From: Octopus bimaculoides
Lineage: Eukaryota
DNA length: 44,347 nt
Direction of reading: 5' to 3'
Assembly (NCBI RefSeq): GCF_001194135.2
Contig: NC_068995.1
Coordinates: forward strand, 3,655,317-3,699,663
The translations under genes were made by a program, and so were the position numbers. This document shows positions 38,017 to 44,347 of the stretch, piece by piece. Every line of letters starts with the position of its first letter. Positions within the stretch are counted from its first letter, which is position 1. The notes under the pieces were generated by a model, which was not told the DNA's origin, did not search any database, and worked only from the letters and a program-made list of their open reading frames with translations.

Positions 38017-38305
38017 TTACTCTTTTACTCTTTTACTCGTTTCAGTCATTTGACTGTGGTCATACTGGAGCACCGCCTTTAGTCGACCCTAGTACTTTTT
38101 CTATCGGTCTCTTAAACCGAACCGCTAGATTACGGGGACGTAAACACACCAACGTCCGTTGGATGGGACAAACATATACACACATATACATATATATGCA
38201 TATATCCGAAGCTATAGTAGAAGACACTTGCCCAAGGTGCCACACAGTGAGACCGAACCCGGCGCCACGTGGTTGGTAAGCCAGCTACTTACCATACACC
38301 CACTA
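38017..38305 (-). mobile_element. SINE family A copy
   Basis: ttttactcgtttcagtcatttgactg..ggagcaccgcc..gctatagtagaagacacttgcccaaggtgccac. Confidence 0.85.
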
Positions 38306-38496
38306 TACTATGTCAAAACGCTCCTCTGTTTACTTGTTCCTTAAAATCATAAATGGAGACTCCTAACAAACATTGACTCGCGTTCGATTTACTCCACACC
38401 TCGCGCATACGTAGGCTGCTATATGAATATATGTGTGTGTGTGTGTGCATAAATATATATATATGTGTGTGTGAGTATGCATATACACATACACAC

Positions 38497-38553
<57 letters not shown>

Positions 38554-38689
38554 CATATGTATGTACATATATATATATATATGTATGCATATGTATGTAT
38601 ATATATATATATATATAGGTATATATATGTATGCTCACATGCATACGCACACACACACATATATATTTATATACACATATTTATATTTA

Positions 38690-39034
38690 TAGGGGTAGGA
38701 GTGGCTGTGTGGTAAGTAGTTTGCTTACGAACCACATGGTTCCGGGTTTAGTCCCACTGCGTGGCACTTTGGTCAAGTGTCTTCTGCTATAGCCCCGGGC
38801 CGACCAAAGCCTTGTGAGTGGATTTGGTAGACGGAAACTGAAAGAAGCCAGTCGTATATATGTATATATATATATATGTATGTATGTGTGTATATGTTTG
38901 TGTGTCTATGCTTGTCCCCCCCCCCAACATCACTTGACAACCGATACTGGTGTGTTTACGTCCCCGTATCTTAGCGGTTCGGCAAAAGAGACCTATAGAA
39001 TAGGCACTAGGCTTACAAAGAATAAGTCCTGGGG
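38690..39034 (+). mobile_element. SINE family A copy running into a gap
   Basis: taggggtaggagtggctgtgtggtaagtag..ggttccgggtttagtcccactgcgtggcac..gaccaaagccttgtgagtggatttggtagacggaaactg..aagaataagtcctgggg. Confidence 0.9.
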
Positions 39035-39902
39035 NNNNNNNNNNNNNNNNNNNNNNNNNNNNNNNNNNNNNNNNNNNNNNNNNNNNNNNNNNNNNNNNNN
39101 NNNNNNNNNNNNNNNNNNNNNNNNNNNNNNNNNNNNNNNNNNNNNNNNNNNNNNNNNNNNNNNNNNNNNNNNNNNNNNNNNNNNNNNNNNNNNNNNNNNN
39201 NNNNNNNNNNNNNNNNNNNNNNNNNNNNNNNNNNNNNNNNNNNNNNNNNNNNNNNNNNNNNNNNNNNNNNNNNNNNNNNNNNNNNNNNNNNNNNNNNNNN
39301 NNNNNNNNNNNNNNNNNNNNNNNNNNNNNNNNNNNNNNNNNNNNNNNNNNNNNNNNNNNNNNNNNNNNNNNNNNNNNNNNNNNNNNNNNNNNNNNNNNNN
39401 NNNNNNNNNNNNNNNNNNNNNNNNNNNNNNNNNNNNNNNNNNNNNNNNNNNNNNNNNNNNNNNNNNNNNNNNNNNNNNNNNNNNNNNNNNNNNNNNNNNN
39501 NNNNNNNNNNNNNNNNNNNNNNNNNNNNNNNNNNNNNNNNNNNNNNNNNNNNNNNNNNNNNNNNNNNNNNNNNNNNNNNNNNNNNNNNNNNNNNNNNNNN
39601 NNNNNNNNNNNNNNNNNNNNNNNNNNNNNNNNNNNNNNNNNNNNNNNNNNNNNNNNNNNNNNNNNNNNNNNNNNNNNNNNNNNNNNNNNNNNNNNNNNNN
39701 NNNNNNNNNNNNNNNNNNNNNNNNNNNNNNNNNNNNNNNNNNNNNNNNNNNNNNNNNNNNNNNNNNNNNNNNNNNNNNNNNNNNNNNNNNNNNNNNNNNN
39801 NNNNNNNNNNNNNNNNNNNNNNNNNNNNNNNNNNNNNNNNNNNNNNNNNNNNNNNNNNNNNNNNNNNNNNNNNNNNNNNNNNNNNNNNNNNNNNNNNNNN
39901 NN

Positions 39903-39952
<50 letters not shown>

Positions 39953-40056
39953 GTATTATGCATGTATGTTTAAATTTATATATATATTTACATACGTACA
40001 TACGTATATATATAAATAAATGCATATATATATATGTGTACATATCGTTTACTTAC

Positions 40057-40281
40057 TATTTTTGATGGGCTGGTATTTACATATTGGTATATCCAAAGAC
40101 TCTTCTGTTGCCTCTCGTTGTTCAAGATTAAGGGAATTATCCTCGCCAATTCTTTTCGATGGAATATTGTAATCGGTGCAGTACATGTCTTCTTTGACAG
40201 TAGATTTACCTTTACTTTGCTGACACCAAACTTCGTTCGATCCGTCTCTATCACGTCTTTGTTTCCCCTTTTGTTTCTCGT
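40057..40281 (-). CDS. Putative coding exon (- chain, exon z)
   Basis: Minus-strand T-rich tract followed by gag|AC (atypical G at -3) and a perfect donor AAT A|gtaagt. Hydrophilic frame EKQKGKQRRDRDGSNEVWCQQSKGKSTVKEDMYCTDYNIPSKRIGEDNSLNLEQREATEESLDIPICKYQPIKN, phase 1 to 1. Confidence 0.4.
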
Positions 40282-40613
40282 CTCGATTCGTTAAAAACAC
40301 AATACGAAAATGATAAAAAATAGCAAAAACACCCCCAAAATATGGCTTTGTGATCCACCTAGGACTATATTCCCCACTCTCTTTCTTCTTTCATATTATT
40401 TTATCAATGAATTTCTTATCATTATTATTATCATTATTTGCTTCTATATAATTTCTTAATAATATTGATAACAACAACAATAATAACAGCAACAATAATA
40501 ATAATACTAATGCTAATAGTAGTATTATAATAATAATGATAAATAATAATGATAATAATAATAATAAAAATAATGATAATAATAATAATTCCAGTGTATT
40601 AATTACTACTAAC

Positions 40614-40644
40614 GTTTGTTTTCGTGGTTGCGTACGAAGTTACT
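40614..40644 (-). CDS. Putative 31-nt micro-exon (- chain, exon y)
   Basis: Acceptor ttttatctcaatcggccgttag| and donor AAA C|gttagt. Encodes SNFVRNHENK; phase 0 to 1 bridges exons x and z. Confidence 0.25.
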
Positions 40645-40893
40645 CTAACGGCCGATTGAGATAAAACCAACACGACGAAGGCATCATTATCATCATCATT
40701 ATCATCTGTTTCTTTATTATAATTTTAATCCCCATCATCATCATCATCATCATCATCACGATCGTCTACAATAAAAGTGAAGGTACGTCTATAAGATATA
40801 TTCTCATACAATAAGCAGTTGCATTCAAGTTATTGCAATTTCTTAAACCAGTCCTTCAGCTCACGCTACGACCACAGCCAGCTATTTTCATAC

Positions 40894-41033
40894 CATTATC
40901 CCTCCTATGTGGGTGCCATCAGCGGCCACAGTGGATGCTATCACACCATCAACCGTATTTGGTTCCATTGTAAAAATCTTATTTTCCCAAATATAGTTTA
41001 CTGGCAATTCTTCTTGTTTTATTTCCAGAAAAC
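40894..41033 (-). CDS. Putative coding exon (- chain, exon x)
   Basis: Frame FLEIKQEELPVNYIWENKIFTMEPNTVDGVIASTVAADGTHIGGIM ends at donor ATG|gtatga. The acceptor is weak (ttttactgag|), so the 5' boundary is uncertain. Confidence 0.35.
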
Positions 41034-41299
41034 CTCAGTAAAATCCTTGTTGAAATTTGACCAAACATTCGGTGTTTCTTTAGAACTAATAATAGCAACA
41101 GTAGAATGAAGTACAAGCAGTAGTACGAGTAGTGGTAGAAGTGGTATTAGTAGTGGTAGTCAGAGGGTGCTTATGATTTTGGTGGTATGAGTGATATCAG
41201 CCAATACAGTAACAACATCGGTCCCGTTCATTAGAAATGGGGTAAGGTTTTGTAATAACGTTAGTAATTATCTCATACTTCCTAGTAGTAGTAGTAGTT

Positions 41300-41365
<66 letters not shown>

Positions 41366-43761
41366 AAAGTAGTAGCAGTAGTACGCGTAGAGCACTGGTG
41401 TCCTGTTCTCCGCTGCTACCGTGACGTTATGTCTCGACCAATCAACAGCAAACTCTGGAGAGGAAGGTAGGCGTTCTGGACTTCTAGTTCTTCGAACGGT
41501 CGTTTTATTCCGATTGAACGTGTTTGACACCGAAATATGATGGTCATCATGGTCATCCTTTAGAATTATGTTCCTTTTGGCAGCAGTCCGTCGGGTGGTC
41601 GGAATCAACAATTATTAGAATGGAAATATCCTGGGAAGCTTGGAAATTATGTACAGTTCTTTGAAATTTATGACTTCATTTTCAAATGATATTATAGCAA
41701 TATCGTTAATATTACCTCGGAAAATATTATGTTTAAATGGACAATATCATGATATATATTCCTCAATATATACACACACCTATAATTTATATATTATATA
41801 TATATGTCAAGTCTGGCGAGTGTGAACTAGAGAGAAGACGGAGGAAACCAATGTAGAAGTACAAGGGATTTATAGAAACAACAGATCCAGAGAGAGAAAG
41901 ATAAGGAGATAGAAAGATATAGAGAAAGAAAAAAGAGAGAAAGAGAGAGATAGAGATATAGAGATAAAAAGAGAGAGAGGTACGGAGATACGTATATGAA
42001 TTTAAGGAGAGATATACAGAGGAAAAAAATAAGTGAAAGAGAGCACGACAGAGAGAAAAAAGATCATACAAGAGGGAAGAGCAGAGAGAAAGGAAATATA
42101 AAGCTGAAGTTAAAAGGGACAAACAATCGGTGTAAAAGCGCAAAGAGGATCCGGACGATGGCAAGAGACTTGAGAATGTAAAACAAACAAAAGTAGATAA
42201 GAGTTTTGAGAACATTGATAAAGGCTTGACTTCGTACATTAATATATGCCAAACGGACAAGAGGACAGGCATACGCACATACACATGAACACATGAACAC
42301 ATAAACACAAATGCATACATACATACTTACATACATACATACATACATACATGTATATATATATATATATACGTATAGACACATACGAACATGCACATAT
42401 ACACACGTACGTACATATACACATGCATACATGCATACATACGTAGATGTATGTGTATATTGACACACAAACACATACTTGTAAACATAGATTTTGACTT
42501 ACGTACGAATATATAATGTCACGAAAATCTCGAGTGCTCACACAAACATATACACACAAATACATTTATCTACACAACCAGATGAGCATGTACATACACA
42601 CACACCCTAATGCGTACACGCTCTCATACAATCTGAGGTGTCTACTCGATACACGCACACAAACACATACTATAAATATATTCATATACTGTGTATATAT
42701 ATATATATATATATATNNNNNNNNNNNNNNNNNNNNNNNNNNNNNNNNNNNNNNNNNNNNNNNNNNNNNNNNNNNNNNNNNNNNNNNNNNNNNNNNNNNN
42801 NNNNNNNNNNNNNNNNNNNNNNNNNNNNNNNNNNNNNNNNNNNNNNNNNNNNNNNNNNNNNNNNNNNNNNNNNNNNNNNNNNNNNNNNNNNNNNNNNNNN
42901 NNNNNNNNNNNNNNNNNNNNNNNNNNNNNNNNNNNNNNNNNNNNNNNNNNNNNNNNNNNNNNNNNNNNNNNNNNNNNNNNNNNNNNNNNNNNNNNNNNNN
43001 NNNNNNNNNNNNNNNNNNNNNNNNNNNNNNNNNNNNNNNNNNNNNNNNNNNNNNNNNNNNNNNNNNNNNNNNNNNNNNNNNNNNNNNNNNNNNNNNNNNN
43101 NNNNNNNNNNNNNNNNNNNNNNNNNNNNNNNNNNNNNNNNNNNNNNNNNNNNNNNNNNNNNNNNNNNNNNNNNNNNNNNNNNNNNNNNNNNNNNNNNNNN
43201 NNNNNNNNNNNNNNNNNNNNNNNNNNNNNNNNNNNNNNNNNNNNNNNNNNNNNNNNNNNNNNNNNNNNNNNNNNNNNNNNNNNNNNNNNNNNNNNNNNNN
43301 NNNNNNNNNNNNNNNNNNNNNNNNNNNNNNNNNNNNNNNNNNNNNNNNNNNNNNNNNNNNNNNNNNNNNNNNNNNNNNNNNNNNNNNNNNNNNNNNNNNN
43401 NNNNNNNNNNNNNNNNNNNNNNNNNNNNNNNNNNNNNNNNNNNNNNNNNNNNNNNNNNNNNNNNNNNNNNNNNNNNNNNNNNNNNNNNNNNNNNNNNNNN
43501 NNNNNNNNNNNNNNNNNNNNNNNNNNNNNNNNNNNNNNNNNNNNNNNNNNNNNNNNNNNNNNNNNNNNNNNNNNNNNNNNNNNNNNNNNNNNNNNNNNNN
43601 NNNNNNNNNNNNNNNNNNNNNNNNNNNNNNNNNNNNNNNNNNNNNNNNNNNNNNNNNNNNNNNNNNNNNNNNNNNNNNNNNNNNNNNNNNNNNNNNNNAT
43701 ATATATATATATACATACATATATATATATATATATACATACGTATATATGTTTTGTATTT

Positions 43762-44150
43762 TTCTTGTTTCAGTCATTAGACTATGGCCACGTTGGGGCA
43801 CTGTCTTTTAGTCGAAGAAATCAACTCCCTTACTCATTTTGTATAAAGCCTGCTACTTTGTCTATCGGGTCCGTTTTTCAAACCGCTAGGTTGTCGGACG
43901 TATACATACCAACATCAGTTCTCAAAGCGGTAGTGGAGGAAAAAAACAGACACAAAGACACACACACACACAGACACACACACACACACATACATACATG
44001 TACATAGAACGGAAACCTTCAGTTTCCGTCTTTAAAACATACTGAAAAAGTTTTGTTCAACTGCAGGCTACAAAACATGACACTTCCCCAAGGTGTCACG
44101 CAGTGGGTCTGAACTCGGAACCACGTACTTGAGAAAGAAACATCTTACCA
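43762..44150 (-). mobile_element. SINE family A copy, degenerate
   Basis: cttgtttcagtcattagact..ttcagtttccgtc..gacacttcccaaggtgtcacgcagtgggtctgaactcggaacc. Confidence 0.8.
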
Positions 44151-44347
44151 CATACATACATACACTTCGCTAATAAATAGACAAATGTTGGAAGAAAACC
44201 GGTAATTCTAACTCACAGAATTCAATTATCAAACATTCATAATCGGAATAAATAAACAAAATTGAATATTAATTAATTAATGAATTTTTGATTTACTGTC
44301 GAGTGACTTTTGGCCAGCCTGTATATATACATACATACATATATATA

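Noticed and set aside
41060-41160. Signal-peptide-like LPLLIPLLPLLVLLLVLHSTVA on minus
   Set aside because: No Met or acceptor follows the upstream stop, and the Leu run comes from CTA repeats.
79-44007. The many ORFs rich in CV/YI/HT/MY or X
   Set aside because: They are translations of microsatellites and N-gaps, with no coding complexity.
504-44150. Apparent minus-strand bias of SINE A copies (about 9 versus 5)
   Set aside because: Too few copies to be significant.

Overview
Eukaryotic, AT-rich, mostly non-coding draft-assembly sequence with 17 N-gaps and very dense microsatellites (TA, CA, TATG, TCTA, ACT, AAT). The repeat families resemble those of octopus/cephalopod genomes; this is an inference from recalled SINE structure, not a database match. 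Nearly all listed ORFs are artefacts of microsatellites or N-runs. The supportable content is: many copies of two tRNA-headed SINE families plus one copy of a third; short Penelope-like non-coding elements carrying minimal hammerhead-ribozyme motifs, one intact-looking at 12802-12837 (-) and one near-intact at 35846-35885 (+); a TA-flanked MITE and two long inverted-repeat pairs; and two weakly supported chains of phase-compatible exons, one on + (1030-7976) and one on - (41033-40057), encoding proteins I cannot identify. All identities were judged by eye and SINE boundaries are approximate.
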